The notes under the pieces: model-generated | What the model saw: only the letters and a program-made list of their open reading frames with translations | Databases searched by the model: none | What the model was told of the DNA's origin: nothing | In this document: positions 9,755 to 19,073 of the stretch, piece after piece | Numbering within the stretch: position 1 is the first letter of the stretch | Layout: every line of letters begins with the position of its first letter | Translations under genes and position numbers: made by a program | Source of the DNA: Verrucomicrobiia bacterium | Lineage (GTDB): Bacteria > Verrucomicrobiota > Verrucomicrobiia > Palsa-1439 | DNA: 64,000 nucleotides | NCBI GenBank assembly: GCA_049510215.1 | Contig: JBEKZD010000003.1 | Span: forward strand, 24,544-88,543 | Direction: 5' to 3'

Positions 9755-10518
9755 TGACTGGTCGTAGAGGGCGACGGAGAAGAGCGCGCGCTTTTCGAAG
9801 GAGCGCGTCGGAACCCGTGCGAAAACGCTAGCAACCACACCATCCATAGCGCCTCGCGCACAATCTTTCCCGACATTTTGGACTGTCCTGCATACCGATC
9901 GACAAACGTAATGGGAGTCTCCGCGACGCGAAAACCCTTCATCCAAGCTTTATAGGTCATTTCGACCTGGAACGCGTAGCCATTGCTCCGCACTTTGTCG
10001 AGTTCGATGGCTTCCAACACTTCCCGACGAAAACACTTGAAACCGCCCGTTGGGTCTGTCACCGGCAATCCCGTTATCAATCGGACATACCAGGCTGCTC
10101 CTTTGCTCAACATCAGGCGCGACAACGGCCAGTTGATCACGCGAATCCCGTTCCAGTAACGCGATCCCAGCACCAGATCCGCCTCTTCGATCTTCTTCAG
10201 AAAATTCGGAATCTCATTCGGATCGTGGGAGAAATCCGCGTCCATCTCCATCAAATAGTCGTAGCCCCGCGTCAGTCCCCATTTGAATCCTGCGATGTAG
10301 GCCGTGCCCAGTCCCAGTTTGCCTGCGCGCCGCAGCAGGTGCAACCGCGGCTGCTTCCGCGACATCTCTTCGACAATGTCCCCCGTGCCGTCGGGCGAAT
10401 TGTCGTCAACAATCAACAAGTCGATGTCAGGCGACTGCTGCAGGGCCATCTCAACAATGCCGTGCATGTTTTCGCTTTCGTTGTACGTCGGAATGATGAC
10501 TAACGTTCGTTTCTCCAT
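9751..10518 (-). CDS. GT2 polyprenyl-phosphate glycosyltransferase (Dpm1/ArnC-like)
   Basis: VIIPTYNESENM...LLIVDDNSPDGT...MDADFSHDP...GGFKCFRREVLE are GT2 DPM1-family motifs (DxD present). Confidence 0.8.
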   Translation of the reverse strand: MEKRTLVIIPTYNESENMHGIVEMALQQSPDIDLLIVDDNSPDGTGDIVEEMSRKQPRLHLLRRAGKLGLGTAYIAGFKWGLTRGYDYLMEMDADFSHDPNEIPNFLKKIEEADLVLGSRYWNGIRVINWPLSRLMLSKGAAWYVRLITGLPVTDPTGGFKCFRREVLEAIELDKVRSNGYAFQVEMTYKAWMKGFRVAETPITFVDRYAGQSKMSGKIVREALWMVWLLAFSHGFRRAPSKSARSSPSPSTTSH

Positions 10519-10551
10519 TTGCCTTTGTTCAGCCTTTCATTGTTGTGTTGG

Positions 10552-12213
10552 CTACGCGAATCGCGGATTCGCCAGCACGATGTAGGCTCCATGATGGAAC
10601 ACGACCGCCCACTTTTCGTTTTGGGTCTGCTGCACCACTTCCCGCACGCCCCGCAGCACGGGTAAGGTATACACCGCGTCGATGCCGACTGGCAACTGCA
10701 TGCGGCGACCGTCGGGGAGCGTTCGTTCCTCCACCCCGTACTCCAAGACGAGGAACTTCGCCTGCTGCAAGCGGCAATCGAACCAGAACAGTTCACGCGG
10801 AATGTGCGCCGGCACGGGCGTGTCGTTGTCCACGCCCTCGTAACGGGCGCAGAACGTCAGCATGCTGCGCCGCCCGCACCGCGCAAGCCAGTAGATCTGC
10901 TTCGGCACAATCACGAAGTCGTCCTTCGTAGTGTGCGCGTTGACGAACGCCATTGCCGCCTCGGCGTCGGCAGCGGACTGCTGCGTCCACATGTCGATTC
11001 GGGTGTGGAAACGTCCCAACGCCCCTGATGCCGACTCCAGACCGAAGCCGGCCAACACGACGACTGCGATTGCCACAGGCAACACGTTGCCCAGCTTCGG
11101 CGCGACGCGTTTGGCCAGTCCCCCCGCCCATGCCAGCACGCCCGCGAAGCCCACCGCCATCAGCGGCAGGAAGATGGTCGCCGGATAGAAGAACAGCGGC
11201 ACGTTGTTGAGCTTCTTGAACACGCCATACATCAGCACCAGCAGCCAGAACGGCATCCACAACCGCAGCCGCCAATCTCGCGTTGGCAGGAACACAAACC
11301 CGATTGTTGCCACCGTCAGCCACCAATCATGTCCCGACCACGGCAACGGTGGCCCTTGCGTCGGCGTCTTGAATCCGAGGTTCCACACGTTCTCCGCGAA
11401 CCGCGCCGCTTCTCCCATCAACGTCGGCTGCGTTTCGTTGCTGGCGACGCTGGTCAACAAGGCGACGTGGGACCGAAGTTGCACCGCGCCGTGGACCGCC
11501 ACATACCACAACACGAATAAGGCTCCGTACGCGCCCGCCGTCGCGCCCGCCACCAACACCCGCACCAACCGCCGCTTCAGCGTCTGTGGGAGCGGCGTTC
11601 CCGCCCCGACCGGATTCACCAGCGCCGCTGTCACCACCACTGCACCGATCAACGGATACGTGAAGTAGTTCGTTGCTGTCGCCAGCGAACACATGACTCC
11701 GGCCCACGTGATGTCGCGTCCCCGCCTCTCCTGCACATAACGGATGAGAAACCCAACTGACGCCAGCGCGAACGTCCCCGCCATCGGATGCGAGCGCACC
11801 CAACGGAAATTGACGTTCGCTTCGCTGTAAACCAGAAACGCCGCGGCGCAAAGGAAGCCAAAATTCTTGTCGCGCAGCCGCGACCCGACCCAAAACAAAA
11901 TCGCCGCCGCCGCCAACGCTGTCACCGCGCCGAGCGCGCGGCCCATGACGATGTCATCGCCAAAGACACGCAGCAGCGCGCCGTTGACCAGCATGTACAA
12001 CGGCGGATACGGATACGGGAAAACGAAGTCGTCGATGATCGGCCCGACGCGCGGCGTGCCGTGAATGAAGGTCCAGCACTTTTCCATCCATTCGCCTTCG
12101 TCGCCGTACCAGTTCGGATTCGTCCGCAGATTCGGCAGAAACAAAAAAGCCCACAGTGCTACCAAAGCGATGGTGACGTTGCGTTCCCAGTTTGTCTCGA
12201 AAGGCAGCTTCAT
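10552..12213 (-). CDS. GT-C fold membrane glycosyltransferase (GT39/PMT_2/ArnT-like)
   Basis: 553 aa with more than 10 predicted transmembrane segments. Loop-1 acidic motif YGDEGEW and hydrophobic architecture typical of the GT39/GT83 dolichyl-/undecaprenyl-phosphate sugar transferases. Confidence 0.7.
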   Translation of the reverse strand: MKLPFETNWERNVTIALVALWAFLFLPNLRTNPNWYGDEGEWMEKCWTFIHGTPRVGPIIDDFVFPYPYPPLYMLVNGALLRVFGDDIVMGRALGAVTALAAAAILFWVGSRLRDKNFGFLCAAAFLVYSEANVNFRWVRSHPMAGTFALASVGFLIRYVQERRGRDITWAGVMCSLATATNYFTYPLIGAVVVTAALVNPVGAGTPLPQTLKRRLVRVLVAGATAGAYGALFVLWYVAVHGAVQLRSHVALLTSVASNETQPTLMGEAARFAENVWNLGFKTPTQGPPLPWSGHDWWLTVATIGFVFLPTRDWRLRLWMPFWLLVLMYGVFKKLNNVPLFFYPATIFLPLMAVGFAGVLAWAGGLAKRVAPKLGNVLPVAIAVVVLAGFGLESASGALGRFHTRIDMWTQQSAADAEAAMAFVNAHTTKDDFVIVPKQIYWLARCGRRSMLTFCARYEGVDNDTPVPAHIPRELFWFDCRLQQAKFLVLEYGVEERTLPDGRRMQLPVGIDAVYTLPVLRGVREVVQQTQNEKWAVVFHHGAYIVLANPRFA

Positions 12214-13838
12214 GGTCTGCTGATGACGTATATTCGCATCGGACCGAAGTTGGTGCTCAATCCACCGAAGTTCACCCGACTGGCGTCAAAACTCGTCCGA
12301 TTGTCATCCACGACGAGCACGAGTGAATTGGTCCCCAACTGACCACCCTGGCCATGCAACATGGCCAAAAAAGGCACATCCAACTGCGCCGGTTCCACCC
12401 GCTGCCAATGATCCATCTGTAGCAGCCGGTTCTCTTTGAAAAGCCTGTCAACGTCCGCGCGTGCAGACACAAATTCCGCCGCCTCCCGCTTAAAACCAAG
12501 CCCCGATCCGTACGTGCCTTGTGCCCCACCATACCGGTTCAAATAGCGATTCGCATCAAGCATGAAAATGACGTTGCCCACCACAAAGATTGCCACCCCC
12601 GCAATCACGATCTTCGCCGGCAACGCGCGCTGGCCAAGCGCCCCAAAAATCAGGAAATGTACCGGGTACAAAATGACGTAGTAAGACAAATACGTCCACA
12701 GCCCGGCCACGAGATATACGCCCAAAGGCACTACAAACCACAGCGCCAAAATCCATGCCCTCTTCGATTCCTCATCCGCCGTCACTTCCCGGCGGAGAAC
12801 GGCCCTCAGAGACTTCGCCACCACCACGCAGAACCACACCAACGCCGCGAGAAACGCCAGCCGTTGCGTCGCCGGCAACCAATCACTCATCGTCAGCGAC
12901 GACTCAAAATACCGGTTCTGTCCCGCGCCCTTGCCGACCCAAATTCGATTCGGGTCAAACTTCTCGCTTGTGCTCAATCCGAACACATCCTCGATCTCGC
13001 CAGCATTCATGATCGCCAACGCATGTTGCCACGCCTCCGTTGGCCGCCGCGGAAACGGGTAACCGCTCTGCGGATTGATCGTCATTCCCGGCGGAAGTTG
13101 CTCCCATTGACGGCTGCTGCGCTCTTCCGACATCCGCTTCCACCCGGCCCAGCCGGTCTTCTGTTGCTCGATCACGTAGGGCAATGCCAACATCACTGCC
13201 GCCGCCACGCCGGCGATCGCCAGCCGCCAGTCAATCTTCGGACGCAACAACAAAAGAATCGCCACGGCCGCCGCCGTCAAAGCAAACCCGCTGTAGTGAA
13301 TCTGAATCACGCACAACGGCAGGCACAACACCCAAAACACCGCTTTCGGTTTCTTCCCCAGGACGAGCGCATGCACTGCCCACATCGTCGCCGTCGCGAA
13401 CACGGGCACGAAATCCTGCGCCCAAATTTTCCGGGAATAAATGACCGCCCACGGCGACGTTGCGAACAATGCCGCTGCCACCAAGCCGGTCAATGGGCCG
13501 TAGTATTTCCGCCCGATCCACCATGTGGCGACAACCGCGGCCAGCCCCAACCCGGCGATCATGCAGCACACCACCGCGACGTTCGACGTGACGAAAAACA
13601 TCGGAATCAACAGCCAGATGAACAGCGGCGGATTCGTCACACCCACGCTCGACATCAAACCCGACGTCGGCAGCTTGCCGCCCCGCACGAACTCCAGCGC
13701 CCGATTCGCCGCAAACGCCTCGTCACCTTTGAACTCCAGCAGATCGAGATGCGAGAACCGCAGCCAGGCACCGGCGGTGACGATGAGAGCCAGAAGAATC
13801 CATTCGCGCGCCGTGATGTTGGCGGGCGTTCGCGCCAT
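12210..13838 (-). CDS. GT-C fold membrane glycosyltransferase (GT39/PMT_2/ArnT-like), paralog
   Basis: Start trimmed to MARTPANITAREW at 13838 (ATGA overlap with the upstream GT2 stop). Loop-1 KGDEA motif and polytopic membrane architecture. Confidence 0.7.
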   Translation of the reverse strand: MARTPANITAREWILLALIVTAGAWLRFSHLDLLEFKGDEAFAANRALEFVRGGKLPTSGLMSSVGVTNPPLFIWLLIPMFFVTSNVAVVCCMIAGLGLAAVVATWWIGRKYYGPLTGLVAAALFATSPWAVIYSRKIWAQDFVPVFATATMWAVHALVLGKKPKAVFWVLCLPLCVIQIHYSGFALTAAAVAILLLLRPKIDWRLAIAGVAAAVMLALPYVIEQQKTGWAGWKRMSEERSSRQWEQLPPGMTINPQSGYPFPRRPTEAWQHALAIMNAGEIEDVFGLSTSEKFDPNRIWVGKGAGQNRYFESSLTMSDWLPATQRLAFLAALVWFCVVVAKSLRAVLRREVTADEESKRAWILALWFVVPLGVYLVAGLWTYLSYYVILYPVHFLIFGALGQRALPAKIVIAGVAIFVVGNVIFMLDANRYLNRYGGAQGTYGSGLGFKREAAEFVSARADVDRLFKENRLLQMDHWQRVEPAQLDVPFLAMLHGQGGQLGTNSLVLVVDDNRTSFDASRVNFGGLSTNFGPMRIYVISRP

Positions 13839-14593
13839 CAAGTCCTCACCTTCAGCGGCCAGCCGATGCGCTGCGCCCGCCGGATTCGGAACAACTCTGC
13901 CCAGATGCGCAGCGCGCGCCGCAAGTTGTACGGGATGCGCGTGTCGGGGTCGTGCACCCATTGCACCGGCAGTTCGGCAACGCGACAGCCTTCGCGCGTC
14001 GCAACCACCAGCATCTCGATGTCGAATATCGCCGTGTTTGATGTGACCTGCGGAAAAACCTTCTGCGCCACCTCGCGTTTCATGCACTTGAAACCGCACT
14101 GCGTGTCATGGAAGCCGCGAACGCAGAGCAATCGCGTGCCGACGCCGAACAGTTTGCCGGCGAGCGCCCGATACCATACTTGTGGCTGCTCGACCTCCGC
14201 GCCGGGAATCGAGCGCGAACCCATCGCCATGTCATAGCCGTCGTGCTCCAGCTTGACCAGGAGCTTGTCCACCTCGCCAATCGGTGTACTCTGGTCGGCG
14301 TCCGTGAACAACACGTAGCGGCCTCGCGCGTCGAGCATCCCCGCTTTCACTGCCCCGCCCTTGCCGCGGTTGGGCTGCAGATCGATCAGCCGCACCATCG
14401 GGTGGCTCTTCGCCAGTTCGCGTGCGACTGCTGCCGTGTCGTCCTTGCTGCCGTCGTTGACAACGATAATCTCGAATCTCAAATTCTTCCCTGACAAATA
14501 AGCAACAATCCCCGGCACCTGTTTCCGCAGCCGCTCCTGCTCGTTATAGGCGGGAATAACGACGGAGAGATAAGGCGCGGAGTCCGTTTCCAT
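13838..14593 (-). CDS. GT2 polyprenyl-phosphate glycosyltransferase (Dpm1-like)
   Basis: LSVVIPAYNEQERL...IIVVNDGSKDDT...FTDADQSTP...CGFKCMKREV are GT2 motifs. Confidence 0.8.
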   Translation of the reverse strand: METDSAPYLSVVIPAYNEQERLRKQVPGIVAYLSGKNLRFEIIVVNDGSKDDTAAVARELAKSHPMVRLIDLQPNRGKGGAVKAGMLDARGRYVLFTDADQSTPIGEVDKLLVKLEHDGYDMAMGSRSIPGAEVEQPQVWYRALAGKLFGVGTRLLCVRGFHDTQCGFKCMKREVAQKVFPQVTSNTAIFDIEMLVVATREGCRVAELPVQWVHDPDTRIPYNLRRALRIWAELFRIRRAQRIGWPLKVRT

Positions 14594-15718
14594 TCAGCTG
14601 GCTTTCTTCAACGCACCGAGTTTGCGCAGCGTGGCCAGCGCTTCGGCCGCGTAATCCTTGTCGAGTTTCTGCTTCCGGATCCATTCAACGTACTCGCGAA
14701 CACTGTCACGCGGCGTTTTGGTCGGTTGCCAGCCGAGCCGTTGCAGTTTGGAAATATCCGACACGCTGTGCCGCGTGTCGCCGACACGGTACTCCCCCGT
14801 GATGCTGGGCTTGAACTCCTTGCCCAACACCTCCGCGACGATCCGCGCAAACTCCAGTACCGTGTAGCCGCGTCCGCCGCCGACGTTGAACACTTCGAAA
14901 TTCGCCTCGTCGCGTTCGAGAATGAGCAAATTGGCGCGGGCGACATCGGAGACGTTCACGTAATCGCGGAGTTGCTGGCCGTCCTCAAACACGCTGGGCG
15001 GCTGGCCTTGGAGCATCTGCAGTGTGAAAATGCGCAGTACGCCGGAGTAGGCGTTGCGAAACGACTGACGCGAACCTTGCACGATCGAGTAGCGCATCGC
15101 GGCGCTGGGAATCCCGTAGTTCCTACCCAGCGCGATCGCCATCAACTCCTGCGAGTATTTGGCTATAGAATACTGGTTCCTCGGATTCGCGTGCGTCTCG
15201 AGCAGCGGCAGCGGCTTGATTGCGCCGCCACACTTTGGACAAACCGGTTCCCACAAACCGTTCGCCAGCCGTTGCGGATCCCGGCCGTCGGGAAACACTT
15301 CACCATTCTTGGCGCATCGGTAGCGGCCTTCGCCATAAACGAACTGCGTGCTGGCAACCACAACTTTGCGCACCGGCAGTTTCTCGGCAACGATCAACTC
15401 GTACAGCAGCGCCGTTCCGACGGAGTTGACGTGGAAAAACTGCGAGAAGTTTGGAAGCAAATCTTGGTACGCCGCAAGATGGAATACCACGTCCACTCCG
15501 TTCAGCGCCTTGTGCCAGTCGTCGCGATTGCGTACGTCGCCGTGCACCCGCTCCACGTGCTGCGAGAGCCACGCGGGCCATTCGCTGGTGGAGGCATGCA
15601 CGGGCGTCGTGAGACTGTCCAACGCGCGCACGTCGTAGCCTGCGCGCAGCAGTTCCTCCGCTGTGTGCGATCCGATGAACCCTGCTCCCCCGGTGATGAG
15701 AGCCAACCCTTTGCTCAT
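14594..15718 (-). CDS. NAD-dependent epimerase/dehydratase (extended SDR) with an inserted CxxC...CPKC zinc ribbon
   Basis: Rossmann fold (ITGGAGFIGSH) and catalytic YxxxK (YSIAKY). An unusual ~40-aa insertion carries RYRCAKNG...CPKCGG. Its stop abuts the GT2 start. Confidence 0.8.
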   Translation of the reverse strand: MSKGLALITGGAGFIGSHTAEELLRAGYDVRALDSLTTPVHASTSEWPAWLSQHVERVHGDVRNRDDWHKALNGVDVVFHLAAYQDLLPNFSQFFHVNSVGTALLYELIVAEKLPVRKVVVASTQFVYGEGRYRCAKNGEVFPDGRDPQRLANGLWEPVCPKCGGAIKPLPLLETHANPRNQYSIAKYSQELMAIALGRNYGIPSAAMRYSIVQGSRQSFRNAYSGVLRIFTLQMLQGQPPSVFEDGQQLRDYVNVSDVARANLLILERDEANFEVFNVGGGRGYTVLEFARIVAEVLGKEFKPSITGEYRVGDTRHSVSDISKLQRLGWQPTKTPRDSVREYVEWIRKQKLDKDYAAEALATLRKLGALKKAS

Positions 15719-15850
15719 GGCGAAATCGTTAAAAGGGTTAAAAGGTCAAGAAGGTTAAAATCGTTAAAACGGGTAAAAGGTGAAGACACGCCAACACGCA
15801 CAATCCACCTGCTAACTGTTTTAACCTTTCTAACGATTTTAACGATTCTC
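15719..15850. repeat. intergenic short-tandem-repeat hairpin (GTTAAAAGG direct copies followed by CCTTTTAAC-type inverted copies)
   Basis: cgttaaaagggttaaaaggtcaagaaggttaaaatcgttaaaacgggtaaaagg ... ctgttttaacctttctaacgattttaacgatt. Confidence 0.7.
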
Positions 15851-16444
15851 CCCTTTCAGCTTTTCGTACAGGTAACCGGTGATGATGTGATCCAGGATCA
15901 TATGAACATCTTCGACAGGACCGTAGCCATCGGATGGAACAATAAACGCCACGTCAGCCAGCTTCGCCAGTTTGCCGCCACCGAAACCGGTCAAGCCGAC
16001 CACGCGAACGCCCATTTGCTTCGCGGCCTCAACGGCGGCGAGGACGTTCGGCGAATTACCGGACGCCGAGATCGCGACAAGCAGGTCGCCAGCCCGCGCC
16101 AGGTTCTTCAGCGGCTCGCTGAAGATGTGGTTGTAGTCAGTGTCGTTGGCCCACGCGGTCATTAGCGAGACGTTATCGGTGAGCGCGATAACGCGGAAAC
16201 GCTTCCGCCCCGACGAGCCTTCCTTGTCGGGGTTGTGGCCCAGCGTGCCTTTGCACAAATCGTTCATCATGTGCGACGCCGTCGCCGCGCTGCCGCCGTT
16301 GCCAATGACAAAAATCTGTTTACCGGCCGTGTGCGCCGCTTCAATGGCTTCCACCGTGCGATCCACTGCATCGAGTGGCAGCCGATCCAAAACCGCTTTC
16401 AGTCCGTCAACGTACTTCCGCGCATATTCCGAGGCTTTTACCAT
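15839..16444 (-). CDS. gmhA: D-sedoheptulose 7-phosphate isomerase
   Basis: SIS domain (IFVIGNGGSAATASHMMNDL...ALTDNVSLMTAWANDTDY...LVAISASGNSPNVL) matching GmhA. Confidence 0.8.
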   Translation of the reverse strand: MVKASEYARKYVDGLKAVLDRLPLDAVDRTVEAIEAAHTAGKQIFVIGNGGSAATASHMMNDLCKGTLGHNPDKEGSSGRKRFRVIALTDNVSLMTAWANDTDYNHIFSEPLKNLARAGDLLVAISASGNSPNVLAAVEAAKQMGVRVVGLTGFGGGKLAKLADVAFIVPSDGYGPVEDVHMILDHIITGYLYEKLKGENR

Positions 16445-16509
16445 AATTTTATCACCACGAAGCTCACGAAGAGCACGAAGTCTTCATGGACTTCGTGTCC
16501 TTCGTGGTT
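16445..16509. repeat. intergenic short-tandem-repeat hairpin (CACGAAG x3, then CTTCGTG x2)
   Basis: caccacgaagctcacgaagagcacgaagtcttcatggacttcgtgtccttcgtggtt. Confidence 0.7.
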
Positions 16510-17490
16510 CTAATACCGTTGCATGTTGAACACAACCCGGCTACCGCCGCGTTCGAGCCGAAACGGCATCTCGCGCAGGTTGGAAAGCGCCTGCCGCACC
16601 GCTTGGCGTTTGTCGCTCGGCACGCAGAGCAGGAAAAATCCGCCACCACCGGCGCCGGAAATTTTGCCGCCGAGCGCGCCCGCTTTCACTGCCCGCTCAT
16701 ATATCTTATCCATTTCGTTGTTGCTGATCGACTGCGCCAGCTTCCGTTTAGCCTCCCACCCCTGATGCAACAGTCGCCCCAACCCTTGGACGTCCCCCGT
16801 CTCAATGATCTGGCGCGCTTCCTGCGCTTGCCGCGCCATCGCGCGCAATACGTCCAACTTCCCGCCGATGTTCGACTTCTGCTCGGAGAGAATCGTGGCG
16901 GCGCTGCGGGTCCTGCCCGTGTAAAACAGCATGAGCATGTTGTCCATGTCCTCAAGAACTGCGCGGGACATCTTCACGGCGTTCACCTTGATGTCGGGGC
17001 CCGGCCCGAACTGAAAGCAGCGCAGGCCGCCGTACGCTGCGATGTACTGGTCTTGCACGCCGATTGGCTTCTTCAGAATCTCGATTTCGATCTCACACGC
17101 CTCGCGCGCCAATTGCTCGGTCGTCGGGGTTTCGTCCACGAGGTGGTACAAGGCGTTGAGAACGCCGACCGTCACGCTGCTGGACGAACCCAGGCCTGAA
17201 CCCTCGGCGGGAATGTCGGAAAGGAAGGAAATCTCCACTGCTTTCGTCACGCCGACCTTGCGCATCGCCTCGCGCACGAGTTCGTGCTCCAGTTGGTCCA
17301 CGGAATCAACGATCTCCTTCTTCGAGTAACTGACGTAAATCTTGTCGTCGAATCGCTCCTTGACAATGCAGTAAACAAACTTGTCGATCGCCGAGCTGAC
17401 GACGCAGCCGCCGTGCTTTTCAAAGAAATCGCGGAAATCCGTGCCACCGCCGGCAAACGACACGCGCAAGGGTGTCTGGGTGATGATCAT
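16510..17490 (-). CDS. hddA: GHMP kinase, D-glycero-alpha-D-manno-heptose 7-phosphate kinase-like
   Basis: MIITQTPLRVSFAGGGTDF... and the GHMP ATP-binding motif PAEGSGLGSSSSVTV. Overall similarity to HddA. Start trimmed to MIITQ (17490). Confidence 0.65.
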   Translation of the reverse strand: MIITQTPLRVSFAGGGTDFRDFFEKHGGCVVSSAIDKFVYCIVKERFDDKIYVSYSKKEIVDSVDQLEHELVREAMRKVGVTKAVEISFLSDIPAEGSGLGSSSSVTVGVLNALYHLVDETPTTEQLAREACEIEIEILKKPIGVQDQYIAAYGGLRCFQFGPGPDIKVNAVKMSRAVLEDMDNMLMLFYTGRTRSAATILSEQKSNIGGKLDVLRAMARQAQEARQIIETGDVQGLGRLLHQGWEAKRKLAQSISNNEMDKIYERAVKAGALGGKISGAGGGGFFLLCVPSDKRQAVRQALSNLREMPFRLERGGSRVVFNMQRY

Positions 17491-17581
17491 GGCCGGAATG
17501 GAGTACTGGGGAATTGGAGCACTGGAGTACAGGGACAAACTTCTTTCCCACATCTCCACTCTCCATCACTCCACAACTCCA
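17491..17581. repeat. intergenic short-tandem-repeat hairpin (GGAGTACTGG-type direct copies, then CCATCACTCC inverted copies)
   Basis: ggaatggagtactggggaattggagcactggagtacaggg ... ctccactctccatcactccacaactccatcactccatcactcc. The related motif TGGAGT also occurs in the hisF repeat and at 19160-19200. Confidence 0.7.
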
Positions 17582-18298
17582 TCACTCCATCACTCCTTCC
17601 TCGTAGTCTTTCTGCGCCTTGGCTAATCGCTCGGGCGTGCCGACATCCTGCACGTATGCCTCTGGTTTCATCGCGTACAACGGTTTCCTCTCCGCCAGCA
17701 GTTTGGGAAACAAATCCTTCCCGAAGTCATAAAACTGACCCGCGGAAATCTCGTTCAACACTTGCGGCTCGACCACAAAAATACCAGCACTAATGAGGTT
17801 TGTCGAAACCTGTTTTGGATCGGGCTTTTCGATGAACCGCAAGACTCGCCCCGCCGCATCCGTCTCCACTACCCCACCCGTCCACGGCTCAGGCGACTCG
17901 AATAAGGCGATCGTCGCCAATGCTTTCCGCGCGCGGTGAAACTCCAGCAGCGGCGCGAACCGGATGCGCACGAGATTGTCCCCGTAAAACACGATGAACG
18001 GGCCATCGCGCAGCAAATGCTCCATCTTTTTTACCGCGCCGGCCGTGCCCAGCAGCTTCGGTTCAAGCGAGTAGGTGATCGCTACACCAAACTTGCTCCC
18101 GTCCCCGAAATAGCTCGTGATCTTTTCTGGCATGTAGTGGAGGTTGATGATGAGCTCACTAATCCCCTGCTCGCGAAACAACTCGATGTGGTGCTGCAAC
18201 ACCGGCTTGCCGCCGATCGGCACCATCACTTTGGGCACATCCAGCCCCAGCGACCGCAACCGCGTCCCCAACCCCGCCGCGAGGATAAAGGCTTTCAT
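17582..18298 (-). CDS. hddC: D-glycero-alpha-D-manno-heptose 1-phosphate guanylyltransferase-like nucleotidyltransferase
   Basis: MKAFILAAGLGTRLRSLGLDVPKVMVPIGGKPVL...YFGDGSKFGV...LGTAGAV is the NTP-transferase fold, sized like HddC (238 aa). Confidence 0.7.
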   Translation of the reverse strand: MKAFILAAGLGTRLRSLGLDVPKVMVPIGGKPVLQHHIELFREQGISELIINLHYMPEKITSYFGDGSKFGVAITYSLEPKLLGTAGAVKKMEHLLRDGPFIVFYGDNLVRIRFAPLLEFHRARKALATIALFESPEPWTGGVVETDAAGRVLRFIEKPDPKQVSTNLISAGIFVVEPQVLNEISAGQFYDFGKDLFPKLLAERKPLYAMKPEAYVQDVGTPERLAKAQKDYEEGVME

Positions 18299-18470
18299 GG
18301 AGAGGACGGCAATGAGGTTAAAAAGGTTGAAGAAGTTAAAGAAGTTGAAGAAGTAAAAAGCGTTAGACAGATTGAGAACGTTGAAACTCTGAAGTGAGCG
18401 TGTGGCCGGCGGTCTTTAACCCTTTCAACCACTTTAACCGTTTTAACCTCTTTAACGGTTTCGCCGATCT
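18299..18470. repeat. intergenic short-tandem-repeat hairpin (GTTAAAGAAG/GTTGAAGAAG direct copies, then CTTTAACC inverted copies)
   Basis: ggttaaaaaggttgaagaagttaaagaagttgaagaagtaaaaag ... ctttaaccctttcaaccactttaaccgttttaacctctttaacggtt. Confidence 0.7.
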
Positions 18471-19073
18471 TCATTGCCGCTCCCTCAAATACCGGGACAA
18501 AACCGCCCACGCCTTTTGCAGCGCCTTCGCGCGATGGCTGATTCGGTTCTTCACGTCAGGCGACAGTTCTCCGAACGTCTTTACCTGCCCGTCGGCAATG
18601 AAGAGCGGGTCGTAACCGAAACCGCCTCCGCCGCGTTCCTCCTCGATGATCGTGCCATTGCAGATGCCCTCGACCGTCTCGACCAACCCGTTTTCGTCCG
18701 CAATCGCGGCGACGCAACGAAACCGCGCGGCGCGTTTTTCCATCGCTACGCCTTTCAACAATCCCAACAACTTCTTGTTGTTCTCGTGATAGCTTCCGTC
18801 GTCGCCTGCGAACCGCGCCGAGCGCACACCCGGTTCGCCGTTGAGCGCGTCCACTTCGAGTCCCGTGTCGTCGGCAAGCGTCAACATCCGGGCCGCCTTC
18901 GCCGTCTCGACCGCCTTCTTGACGGCGTTGTCCCGAATCGTCGCGCCGTCCTCGTCGATTTGCGGCAATCCCTTGACGTCCGCCGCCGAGACGACTTCCA
19001 ACTTCAAGTCAGCCAGAAGCGCCTGAATCTCCTTCAACTTGTCCTTGTTCCGCGTCGCTACCAAAACTTGCAT
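18471..19073 (-). CDS. rdgB: non-canonical purine NTP pyrophosphatase (dITP/XTP pyrophosphatase)
   Basis: MQVLVATRNKDKLKEI...ADDTGLEVDALNGEPGVRSARFAG...GFGYDPLF are Ham1/RdgB motifs. Confidence 0.85.
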   Translation of the reverse strand: MQVLVATRNKDKLKEIQALLADLKLEVVSAADVKGLPQIDEDGATIRDNAVKKAVETAKAARMLTLADDTGLEVDALNGEPGVRSARFAGDDGSYHENNKKLLGLLKGVAMEKRAARFRCVAAIADENGLVETVEGICNGTIIEEERGGGGFGYDPLFIADGQVKTFGELSPDVKNRISHRAKALQKAWAVLSRYLRERQ

